The notes below the pieces were generated by a model. That model did not search any database. It was not told the origin of the DNA and saw nothing but the letters and a program-made list of their open reading frames with translations. A program made the position numbers and the translations under genes. From an uncultured Verrucomicrobiae bacterium (GTDB lineage Bacteria > Verrucomicrobiota > Verrucomicrobiia > Limisphaerales > Palsa-1400), in NCBI GenBank assembly GCA_963702845.1, contig OY969763.1, positions 4,000,001 through 4,064,000 of the forward strand: a stretch of 64,000 bases of DNA, written 5' to 3'. The number at the start of each line of letters is the position of its first letter. Positions within the stretch are counted from its first letter, which is position 1. Shown in pieces: positions 1 through 8,196 of the stretch.

Positions 1-1
1 T

Positions 2-367
2 TTGGACGTGAGCGGATACAATCTCGTTTGCGCGATTCCAAAGCCGGAAATCGTCAGCATGGTCCCGAGCGGTAACAACATGAACGTGACTTGGGCCTCC
101 GAACCGAATCTCAGCTATCAATTGCAATCCAAAGCGACCCTGCTCGGCGGATGGATTAACCTGGGAAGCCCGGTCACCTCGACCAGCACGACCACGACCG
201 CAGCCGCAGCCATGACAACAGCGCAATCATTCTTTCGAGTGGTTTTGATGAATGGTTCACAAACGTCCTCAATGAAGCCCTCGACGGTGTCGCGCGCAAC
301 AGCATCGATGAACCGCCAACGTTCAGCGATGCACGAGTTGCCGCCGCAAAGTCACGCGCAGCCCTGA
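2..367 (+). CDS. C-terminal end of a large secreted/surface protein (5' truncated by window edge)
   Basis: Frame open from the window start; ...YQLQ...W.NLG...SFFRV resembles the C-terminal module common to verrucomicrobial extracellular proteins. Confidence 0.6.
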   Translation: MDVSGYNLVCAIPKPEIVSMVPSGNNMNVTWASEPNLSYQLQSKATLLGGWINLGSPVTSTSTTTTAAAAMTTAQSFFRVVLMNGSQTSSMKPSTVSRATASMNRQRSAMHELPPQSHAQP

Positions 368-412
368 CCGCCTTGACTTGCGAAAATGCCCAAAGGGCTT
401 TAATACGGCGGA

Positions 413-1261
413 GTGAATCCATACACAAAGCTGGTTTCGAATTTCTCAAACGCAGTCAAAGAAGGCCGCTCGCTTCCGCTCGGCGGAATTCCAAAAGCCG
501 CCCGACCAACCATAAAACCTGACGCACCGAAAGCGTTGTTTTTCGCGCCGCATCCGGATGATGAAACAATTAGCGGTGGATTAGCTCTGCGTTTGTTGCG
601 CGAAGGGCCTTGGAACGTCCTCGACGTCGCCGTGACGCAGGGGAGCAACAAGGAACGACAGGCCGGACGATTACAGGAGTTGAAGGCCGCATGCGATTAC
701 CTGGGCTTAGGCTTAATCCAGACAGCGCCGAACGGTCTTGAGAAAGTAACGCCTGCCACGCGCGAGAAAGATTCGACGCATTGGGCGAGCATGGTGCAAG
801 TGACGCGCAAAATCCTGGTCGAACAAAAGCCGCGCGTGATCATGTTCCCGCATGTATTGGATTGGAACGGAACACACATCGGCGTGCATCACCTCGTGAT
901 GGACGCGTTGAAAGCGGAGCTATCGATCGATTGCTTTCTGGTCGAGACAGAATTTTGGGGACAAATGGCGGCTCCTAATTTGATGGTCGAATATTCCGAG
1001 CAAGACGTCGCTGATCTGATTGCCGCGACTTCCTTCCATGTCGGCGAGGTCAACCGCAATCCCTATCACCTGCTGCTTCCAGCCTGGATGCAGGACAACG
1101 TGCGGCGCGGAACGGAGTTGGTCGGTGGCCAGGGTGGCGCTGCCCCACAGTTCGTGTTCGCACAGCTCTTTCGAATCGGACGCTGGCGCAATGGCGCGGC
1201 GGAATGGTTCAAGGCGCAGTTTTTGCCAGCATCGCAAAACGCGGCAAGTTTGTTTCAATGA
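413..1261 (+). CDS. PIG-L/LmbE family de-N-acetylase
   Basis: FAPHPDDE metal-binding motif, later D-x-N-x-T-H motif; 282 aa. Confidence 0.85.
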   Translation: MNPYTKLVSNFSNAVKEGRSLPLGGIPKAARPTIKPDAPKALFFAPHPDDETISGGLALRLLREGPWNVLDVAVTQGSNKERQAGRLQELKAACDYLGLGLIQTAPNGLEKVTPATREKDSTHWASMVQVTRKILVEQKPRVIMFPHVLDWNGTHIGVHHLVMDALKAELSIDCFLVETEFWGQMAAPNLMVEYSEQDVADLIAATSFHVGEVNRNPYHLLLPAWMQDNVRRGTELVGGQGGAAPQFVFAQLFRIGRWRNGAAEWFKAQFLPASQNAASLFQ

Positions 1262-1728
1262 GCGAACTGGCCATCGTCGCGATCGGCTCGAACCTCGGGC
1301 ACACCCGCGAACTGGTGTTGCGGGCCATGGATCGGCTGCAGGAATTTTCGGACGAACCGATGTTGCGATCGTCCCTTTACGAAACCGCTCCTGTCGATTG
1401 TCCTCCGGGGTCGCCGAATTTCCTGAATGCTGTTGTCGTATTTGAACCGCGTCCCGACGAAACGCCGGACTCCCTTTTGCAAAAACTGCAAGCGCTCGAG
1501 AAAGAATTCGGTCGTCAGCCCAAGAAAATCCTCAACGAATCGCGCCCATTGGACTTGGATATAATCGCTTTTGGCCAACGCAACTTGAGTAGTCCGCAGC
1601 TTACCCTGCCCCACCCTCGCGCGCATTTGCGGCGGTTCGTTCTGGAACCGTTAAGTGAAATTGCGCCGGAATTAGTGTTGCCCGGGCAAACGAAAACAGT
1701 TGCCGTCCTGCTGCAGGAATTGCGTTGA
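1258..1728 (+). CDS. folK: 2-amino-4-hydroxy-6-hydroxymethyldihydropteridine diphosphokinase
   Basis: AIGSNLG, SSLYET, FLNAV, RPLDLDII, LTLPHPR motifs; ATG at 1258 overlaps the upstream TGA (ATGA coupling). Confidence 0.95.
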   Translation: MSELAIVAIGSNLGHTRELVLRAMDRLQEFSDEPMLRSSLYETAPVDCPPGSPNFLNAVVVFEPRPDETPDSLLQKLQALEKEFGRQPKKILNESRPLDLDIIAFGQRNLSSPQLTLPHPRAHLRRFVLEPLSEIAPELVLPGQTKTVAVLLQELR

Positions 1729-1784
1729 TATAGCGCGCCAGCGTCTTGGAGTGCGGCTCCAGTCCGTGCAAGCCGACCGCATGA

Positions 1785-2015
1785 TTGTCTCCGTGTCTCA
1801 TGTCTCAGGCGCCGCAGGGGTGAGACAATTCAATTTTGTCTCAGGCCCTTGGCCCCTGAGACATGAGACAACTTACTAAAGCAGGTTGATAACACGTTCT
1901 GTAAGTCGTTGATAAGAACATGGCGATTCACGACTTGTCTCCTGTCTCCGTGTCTCCGAGGGCAAGCGCCCGGAGACAAATTCTGTTTTGTCTCGGGCTC
2001 CGCTCGCGGAGGCGC
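1785..2015. repeat. TGTCTC/GAGACA symmetric element, copy 1 (right arm degenerate)
   Basis: (TGTCTC)x3-N15-GAGACA-N9-TGTCTC-N15-(GAGACA)x2, core 1871-1935, then (TGTCTC)x3-N16-GAGACA-N10-TGTCTC; aligns by eye with copies at 2986 and 4447. Confidence 0.9.
1902..1914 (-). promoter_or_regulatory. Putative IHF-binding site in element core (also 3139-3151; one mismatch at 4529-4541)
   Basis: Minus strand TATCAACGACTTA matches the E. coli IHF consensus WATCAANNNNTTR; function in this taxon is inferred. Confidence 0.55.
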
Positions 2016-2022
2016 TTCAGAG

Positions 2023-2805
2023 TTAGGGTGGCGACATGTGCGCAATGACCCAGGCAAGATCTCGCGCGGGCGCAGGTGGCGCAGGTGGGGCAAACGGCAA
2101 GCCTTGCCGGTAAATCTGGGTAATGGGCTTTGCCGTGCTTCCATCCATCCATTTATGGATATCTGAATGCCCGTCGGCAAACGTGATACAACAAGATTGA
2201 TTGTGAAAAGAAGCGGGCAAATCCAGCCAGTCATTGGTATCGGTTCCCGAGCGCACTGGAACGAACCACCCATCATTGATGCTGTCGGGATGCTCTTCCA
2301 GCATCGTGAACGTCGTCGAGGGCCTGCTGATCTCGGTGTGGCGAAAAAAACTGTGGTAGGCCGTGCTCCCGGTAAAGGGAATGGAACCGACAAAGCCATT
2401 CATCGAATAAGTCCTCAGGCGCAGGGCCTGTCCCGGAGCCGCACTAAAATCTGCCGGGCAGCGATAAATCCTCACGTTTTGGGCCGTGTAGGGAAGAAGA
2501 GAACCCTGGACCAACAACGCCACGTTGGTGTTATCGCTATTGGCCCCGGACCAGTCCTGAAGTCCCCTGATCCAGCTTCCCGGCGGTGAGTTAGGCGGAT
2601 TGAGCGGCAAAATGTTCTGGGCGTCCCCAACATACAGGGTCCACGCCACTGCCAGTTGTTTTGTATTGCTAAGACAAGCTATCGTGTAAGCCTTTTGTTT
2701 TGCCCGGTTGAGCACGGGCAGCAATAACGCCGCTAGACTGGCAATTATTGCTATGACCACCAGCAGTTCGATAAGAGTAAACCCGTCTCGATTTCTCCTA
2801 TCCAT
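2023..2805 (-). CDS. Prepilin-type N-terminal cleavage/methylation protein with C-terminal H-X9-DG motif (DUF1559-like)
   Basis: [16 protein letters not shown]-terminus, [26 protein letters not shown] at 2805 preferred over the ORF-track start 2904. Confidence 0.9.
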   Translation of the reverse strand: MDRRNRDGFTLIELLVVIAIIASLAALLLPVLNRAKQKAYTIACLSNTKQLAVAWTLYVGDAQNILPLNPPNSPPGSWIRGLQDWSGANSDNTNVALLVQGSLLPYTAQNVRIYRCPADFSAAPGQALRLRTYSMNGFVGSIPFTGSTAYHSFFRHTEISRPSTTFTMLEEHPDSINDGWFVPVRSGTDTNDWLDLPASFHNQSCCITFADGHSDIHKWMDGSTAKPITQIYRQGLPFAPPAPPAPARDLAWVIAHMSPP

Positions 2806-2985
2806 TATCAAAGGCTTAATTGTTTTCCTAACCGTTCTAACATTTAATATGCGACAACAATTCGCATATTTGTAACAGGCGAACAAGCACTCAATCGCAG
2901 TCAATTCTACAGCAAAGAAATGTTGCGTGTTTCATCAGGCCAAAGCGCCGGTCGGCGGCCCACTCCAAGACGATCCGCGCGGTTC

Positions 2986-3267
2986 TTGTCTCAGTGTCTC
3001 ATGTCTCAGGCACCGCAGGGGTGAGACAAATTAAGTTTTGTCTCAGGTCCTTGGCCCCTGAGACATGAGACATGAGACATGAGACATGAGACATGAGACA
3101 CGAGACAACTTACTAATGAAGGTTAATAACACTTTCTGTAAGTCGTTGATTAGAACATGGCGATTTACCGACTTGTCTCCGTGTCTCCTGTCTCCGAGGG
3201 CAAGGGCCGGAGACAAATCTGGTTTTGTCTCCGCCTCCGGTGGTCGGGGACAGGAGACAAGAGACAA
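2986..3267. repeat. TGTCTC/GAGACA symmetric element, copy 2 (most complete, with expanded TGAGACA tract)
   Basis: Both two-hairpin arms present; (TGAGACA)x6 plus CGAGACA at 3059-3107; core 3108-3173. Confidence 0.92.
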
Positions 3268-3385
3268 GTTCGCCCTTTTTGCGGCGAGGCTCCTGCCGAC
3301 TTACAAAGGCTCCGCGTAAAATCGCAAGTTATCAGGCGTGGCAACGTCCATCACGTCGAGGTCTGCGAAGTCCCGAAGAATATCG

Positions 3386-4240
3386 TCAATCCCATACTAA
3401 AAACCATCCGGGCTGGTCGTTGGAATACTCGCGTGGGATATGTGCACCAGGTCGCTCCTCACGATAGAACTCCGCTCGAAGCTCGCGTGCCCAGGCCGCG
3501 ATGACTGTCTCATCGACAGGCCCTGCCACGAAGACACAATCACTGTAAGGCTCCAACTCATTCTCTGCATCCACATACTCTCCAACCGGAATCACGCAGC
3601 GATTGACTCCTGGCTCTGTGCTCAATCTGGTCAGTGTCTCCTTGAAGTCAGCCTTACTGGGATGCGGCTCAAGATTCGGGGCGAGGCAATAATTACCCGC
3701 ACACTTGGAAAAGAACTCATCGATCGAAAGGTATGCGACGTGATGGGGTCTCGTGCTTTTGGAGTGGGGCATCCGTAGCCCGCCTGTCCGACTCGTCGTC
3801 GTTGTTGGAATGGGGGCATCATCTCCGTAAAAAGGCGACGCCGGGAATTGCCAGCCTACCATCGCCTGCAATGTCTGATGCAGGAGCTTCAACTTTTCTC
3901 TGAATCCTGGTGGGGAACCATGCACCTGGCCCCTCGACGCCATGCTCCGGGATCCGACCTCCAACTCCGTAATCCACTGAAGGCCGTCACACAGGTGCAA
4001 ATCGCCGAGCGTCGGAGGCCACGACCAAACATCAATCTCGTCGCAAACTTGCCAAAACTTCTCCCATTGTTCAGCCGTGGGAGTCATCGACTCGTCCCAG
4101 TCTCGTGAGTTATTAGAAAAACCGGGTAGCATGAAAGTGAGGTGGCCGCTCTGCCAACAAAAGCTATTAGGACCATCAGGTGGCCACCCTTGAAGACCAT
4201 GCTTTAGTCTGACTGGCTCCAACAATTTTGACGAATTCAT
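3386..4240 (-). CDS. Hypothetical protein, probably two fused domains
   Basis: 284 aa ORF from ATG 4240; Trp-rich N-half, low-complexity linker PIPTTTTSRTGG, C-half ending WFLVWD. Confidence 0.65.
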   Translation of the reverse strand: MNSSKLLEPVRLKHGLQGWPPDGPNSFCWQSGHLTFMLPGFSNNSRDWDESMTPTAEQWEKFWQVCDEIDVWSWPPTLGDLHLCDGLQWITELEVGSRSMASRGQVHGSPPGFREKLKLLHQTLQAMVGWQFPASPFYGDDAPIPTTTTSRTGGLRMPHSKSTRPHHVAYLSIDEFFSKCAGNYCLAPNLEPHPSKADFKETLTRLSTEPGVNRCVIPVGEYVDAENELEPYSDCVFVAGPVDETVIAAWARELRAEFYREERPGAHIPREYSNDQPGWFLVWD

Positions 4241-4446
4241 ATTAGTGCGCGATGCCACCTAACTAAATTATTATGTATTACTTCTTTCCGCCTAAGTTCA
4301 TAAGTGAACGTTAAAGGAGGAGGAAAACTTTCCCTGTTTTTGTTCGTGTGTGTTTGTCGATGGAGCGTAGTTGCGGCACCCAGCGCGGTGCAATCGTAAA
4401 CTTCTGCGCTGCCTGGATTGCGGGAGTTTAGCTGAAGGCGCTCGAT

Positions 4447-4657
4447 TTGTCTCCGTGTCTCCTGTCTCAGGCACCGTAGGGGTGAGACAAGAGACAAACT
4501 TTATAAAGCAGGTTGATAACACTTTCTGTAAGTCGTTGATCAGAACATGGCGTTGGCGATTCACGACTTGTCTCCGTGTCTCCGAGGGCAACAGCCGGAG
4601 ACAAATCTGGTTTTGTCTCCGCCTCCAGTGGTCCGGAGACAGGAGACAAGGAGACAA
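4447..4657. repeat. TGTCTC/GAGACA symmetric element, copy 3 (second left hairpin absent)
   Basis: (TGTCTC)x3-N15-(GAGACA)x2, core 4497-4568 with a TGGCG duplication, then a complete right arm. Confidence 0.9.
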
Positions 4658-4689
4658 CTCAACAGGCCAGCTAGTCCTCGTCGCTCCGT

Positions 4690-5181
4690 TTACTTCCTCG
4701 TCGCCAGCCGTTTCGACCGCTGGTTACGCTGGACCATGGCTGGATAGAAATTCCAGACCACGTTAACGAGACCCACTCCTATCGCCAGCAATGGGTCCGC
4801 AGATATTCCTAGGTACAAGGCCACCGGCAGGCTGATGACAAAGGCCGCGGTGTGAATGAATTCCGCTCTCCTGGTGTTGTTATCGTATTGCGCTAAACCG
4901 CTCCGTGTCCCGTCGAAGATCAATCTGTCGTAGAGCAATCTCTTGCTGATCCGTGGGTTCCAGACCGTCCGCCGGAGGAGCGTCCTGAACAGCTCGATCC
5001 TCAAAATCTTGCAGGCGGATGCGAATGATTTCGAACGCACGGCTTCGTAGTAGGAGTCGGGAAGCAGCCGATACATGGGCCAGGCGAAGCCGATGACAAA
5101 GATACTCAGTATGTAAAAATTCAGGAGAATTGACTCAAGCAGGATTGCACCCAATGAAGCCGGCTGAGAGTGTTCGACCAT
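4690..5181 (-). CDS. Membrane protein, CrtO-like (glycosyl-4,4'-diaponeurosporenoate acyltransferase family); N-terminus probably extends to ~5278 across an indel
   Basis: TRRAEFIH...N.YP.MVQR...RL pattern recalls the CrtO family; an adjacent frame upstream encodes hydrophobic MTVTRFRILSLQILSSALSAFMLWRASLLVSL, which joins if one base near 5183 is removed. Confidence 0.55.
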   Translation of the reverse strand: MVEHSQPASLGAILLESILLNFYILSIFVIGFAWPMYRLLPDSYYEAVRSKSFASACKILRIELFRTLLRRTVWNPRISKRLLYDRLIFDGTRSGLAQYDNNTRRAEFIHTAAFVISLPVALYLGISADPLLAIGVGLVNVVWNFYPAMVQRNQRSKRLATRK

Positions 5182-5405
5182 CCAGGGACACCAGCAGCGA
5201 GGCCCGCCACAGCATGAAGGCCGACAACGCGCTCGATAGAATTTGCAGCGAGAGGATTCTAAACCTTGTCACTGTCAACTGTGCCTCCAAATGGCGCAAG
5301 GATCTGGCAATCCGGTCGCCTGACGTTTCAGCTCAGCCAGTGACAAAAGAATACCGCAGCCGAAGCGAATGCCAAGCTTCGTGGCGAATTACCAGCGGCA
5401 CACCT

Positions 5406-5462
5406 TGTCTCCGTGTCTCATGTCTCCGGCCACTGCACCCTGAGACATGAGACACGGAGACA
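5406..5462. repeat. Minimal TGTCTC/GAGACA element, copy 4: perfect 21 bp inverted repeat with 15 nt loop
   Basis: TGTCTCCGTGTCTCATGTCTC (5406-5426) is the exact reverse complement of GAGACATGAGACACGGAGACA (5442-5462). Confidence 0.92.
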
Positions 5463-5477
5463 TCCGCTGAAGACCGG

Positions 5478-6740
5478 TCAAAGTGGCTTCGCGTAAATCC
5501 GCTCCATCTTCCCCAACGGATCCACAATCGTTATTCCCTCTTTATCAAACCGCGCCGTTACAGGAGCGCCTTTGCCCTCTTGCATATATTTGAAGTTCAA
5601 ATCCCGCACTATCGCCGCAGCGTGAACAATCGCCACGACAATCCGTGCATCTTCCGCCGTCGGATAAATCTCCGCAAGTTGCTCGCGTTTTTCGTTCGAA
5701 AATTTGCTGCGGCAGACTGCGGCCAGGCCGACGGTGAGACTGTCGACGCCGTAGCCGATGTAAGCTTTGCTGCCGTCGGGCCGGACAACATCGCGCGTGA
5801 AATGATTGTTCGATGTGCGACTGCCACCGCCTTTATTCCACCAGCGAAAACCGCGATATTGTTGATCGCTTTCCACCTTGCCATCGGCACCCAAAATTTC
5901 GTGGCCTTGATTCACCGGCCCTTCGAAGTCCGGAGGCGTGATCCAGTTGTTGTGGAAATTGATGCTCATCCCGTTCTCGAAATCGACCCGCACCTGAACG
6001 GCATCGTAGGCATTGATCTTGTCGCGAACGAGCCGTTGTTTCTGCCCAACAGCCGTCAGCGAAACCGGTTTGCTATTGTAATAATGCCAAATCAAATCGA
6101 CCCAGTGCGGCCCAACATAGCTGAACGGATCGCTCTGCTCCGCCCACTTGAACGTGCTGGTAGAAACTTCGAGCGGCTCTTCCAGATACGCCGTGCCGTA
6201 GAGCGGTGCGCCGATGCGATTCTTGATATCATCGCGAATACGCAGGTGGTCCGGATCGTAACGCTTGTGCATATCCACCGCGACGATCAGGTTTTTCTTT
6301 TTCGCGAGCTCCACAATTTCATCCGCTTCGTGGATGTTCAGGCACATCGGTTTTTCGGTGATGACATGCGTGCCGTTGTTGAGCGCGGCGAGGATGACTT
6401 CGGTGTGCAGATTATCGGGCGTGGCAACGGCCATCACATCGAGGTCTGGAACGTCGCGCAGAATATCGAGCCACGGTGTTTTGCCAAAATAGGTTTTGGG
6501 CGCTTTCCCGGTTAGCTCTTTATAAGTCTGTTGCGCCCGTTGCGCAGACGCTTCAGAGCGCGTCGCGACCGCGACCAATTCAAATTCAATCGGCGCGAGA
6601 TCGCGCGTCCATTTGTCGAGCCCCACTCGCGCAAGTTGCGACGCGATGCCGAATCGCTGAAGATCGGCGTAAGCGCGCATGTGAACGTCGCCGCCGAACA
6701 TGCCGGCGCCAACAAGTGCAATCTTTACTCTGCCTTCCAT
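5478..6740 (-). CDS. Gfo/Idh/MocA family oxidoreductase
   Basis: ALVGAGMFG Rossmann motif, VATPDNLH, HVITEKP. Confidence 0.9.
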   Translation of the reverse strand: MEGRVKIALVGAGMFGGDVHMRAYADLQRFGIASQLARVGLDKWTRDLAPIEFELVAVATRSEASAQRAQQTYKELTGKAPKTYFGKTPWLDILRDVPDLDVMAVATPDNLHTEVILAALNNGTHVITEKPMCLNIHEADEIVELAKKKNLIVAVDMHKRYDPDHLRIRDDIKNRIGAPLYGTAYLEEPLEVSTSTFKWAEQSDPFSYVGPHWVDLIWHYYNSKPVSLTAVGQKQRLVRDKINAYDAVQVRVDFENGMSINFHNNWITPPDFEGPVNQGHEILGADGKVESDQQYRGFRWWNKGGGSRTSNNHFTRDVVRPDGSKAYIGYGVDSLTVGLAAVCRSKFSNEKREQLAEIYPTAEDARIVVAIVHAAAIVRDLNFKYMQEGKGAPVTARFDKEGITIVDPLGKMERIYAKPL

Positions 6741-6776
6741 TTCGACAATTAAGAGTTAGAACGTAAGAATTAAGAA

Positions 6777-7535
6777 GTGCAAAATTACCTGATAGGGCCG
6801 CTGCTCAACGGCGCTGCGATTGTCGTTGCCGTCGCCGTGGCATTGCTCACGCGCAAATCCATCCCGGCGCGGCACCAGGGCAATCTGCGCGTGATCTTCG
6901 GCGCGGCCATTGTTTGGTTTGGCCTCAAGCTGACCTGGTCGAGTCTCACCGGCAGTTTCGGTTTTTGGATGAAACAACTGATGACCATCCTGCTCGCGAT
7001 GGCGCTGGGCAAGATCATCGGCAGAATTTTGCACCTGCAAAAACTCTCCAATTCGATCGGTCGTTTCGCTAACCGCCTCATGGAATCCCGCGTGTCTGGC
7101 CCCCGACCTTCGACGTCCACTCAACCGAACTTCAACGAAGGCTTTCTCGTCGCGACCGCACTATTTTGCGCCGGACCGCTCGCGATTCTCGCTTCAGTCC
7201 AATCCGGCGTCGAAGGATTTGCGCCTATATTCATAGTCAAAGCCGCCCTGGATGCATTGGCCGCAATGGCATTCGCCACAACCTTCGGCTGGAGCCTTGC
7301 GATGTCAGCGATTCCGGTGGTGGCCTTTGAACTGGCGATCATTCGGCTCGTTCAACAACTCATTCCCTGGGCTCACAACCATCCGCAGCCGCTCCTCGAA
7401 TCAATCTTGGCCACCGACGGCCTGCTTATTTTCAGCGTCGCATTAATCATTCTGCAGCTAAAAAAAGTGGAAATCGCCGACTACCTTCCAAGCCTCGCAT
7501 TGGCACCACTGCTAACCTGGCTTTTCAACAGGTAG
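6777..7535 (+). CDS. DUF554 family membrane protein
   Basis: IGPLLNG N-terminus, EGFLVATALFCAGPLAIL, KAALD, ADYLPSL motifs; multiple TM segments. Confidence 0.8.
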   Translation: MQNYLIGPLLNGAAIVVAVAVALLTRKSIPARHQGNLRVIFGAAIVWFGLKLTWSSLTGSFGFWMKQLMTILLAMALGKIIGRILHLQKLSNSIGRFANRLMESRVSGPRPSTSTQPNFNEGFLVATALFCAGPLAILASVQSGVEGFAPIFIVKAALDALAAMAFATTFGWSLAMSAIPVVAFELAIIRLVQQLIPWAHNHPQPLLESILATDGLLIFSVALIILQLKKVEIADYLPSLALAPLLTWLFNR

Positions 7536-7540
7536 CGCTT

Positions 7541-8038
7541 ATGAACGTCTGTCGTCAGAGAAGAATAATCGCAATAGCCGCAGGTCTGGCCTATTTGATT
7601 ATCGTGCTCGCCCTCCTTCTCGGCGTATATACATCGGAGCCGATCGGAAACACTGGAGGCACGGTCTCCTTGAATTTCCTCACCTACACAAACGATGCTC
7701 GGGGCCGGTCATGCGCATCATGTGTACTTTCGAATTCAACCCCGCTGAAAATCCAAATTGTGGTAGCTATGGTCATCCCTCACGAACACGGTCCTTCCGT
7801 TACTACGGGGCAAATTCTGAACCAACGAACCGTATTGTATCCGGGTCGAACCTTTATTCTTAGCCCGCTGATACCAAAAGAAAGATCCACGTTTCAAGTC
7901 ATCTATTCTGATTACGATGTGCGAAACGATTTGCTTCTCTTCGCGCAACGAATGCATTTATTGCGACTGTGCCCAAATAGCTGGAAGCAATCGCGAGGAG
8001 TTGCGCACCTTGTGAATACTGAGATTCCAGCGCAATAA
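7541..8038 (+). CDS. Hypothetical protein with N-terminal membrane anchor
   Basis: 165 aa ORF directly after DUF554 gene; basic residues then a hydrophobic helix. Confidence 0.55.
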   Translation: MNVCRQRRIIAIAAGLAYLIIVLALLLGVYTSEPIGNTGGTVSLNFLTYTNDARGRSCASCVLSNSTPLKIQIVVAMVIPHEHGPSVTTGQILNQRTVLYPGRTFILSPLIPKERSTFQVIYSDYDVRNDLLLFAQRMHLLRLCPNSWKQSRGVAHLVNTEIPAQ

Positions 8039-8196
8039 CCCAACGGACCAAGCACCTACTCCAGTGGGACTATTTTTCGCAAAATAATTATTGCGTGCCC
8101 GCTCCCAGCCTCTACGATTGAAACCCTGTTCGTCAGAAACCGAAGCCCAGTTCGCAAAAACAAACAGCTTCAACTGACTTATTTCGAATTCAAACT

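Noticed and set aside
1830..4766. ORFs overlapping the elements (1830-2399, 3043-3267, 3086-3319, 4298-4657, 4371-4766, 4467-4649) sharing peptides like HVLINDLQKVL
   Set aside because: The similarity comes from the DNA repeat; frames, starts and lengths differ between copies and indels are not consistently multiples of three.
1785..5462. TGTCTC/GAGACA repeats as a CRISPR array
   Set aside because: Repeats are 57-280 bp with gene-sized intervals, there are no uniform 30-40 bp spacers, and no cas genes are present.
1785..5462. Repeats as Nextera/Tn5 adapter or Golden Gate cloning contamination
   Set aside because: The mosaic end CTGTCTCTTATACACATCT is absent beyond the hexamer, the sites are TGTCTC rather than GGTCTC/CGTCTC, and copies have diverged naturally.
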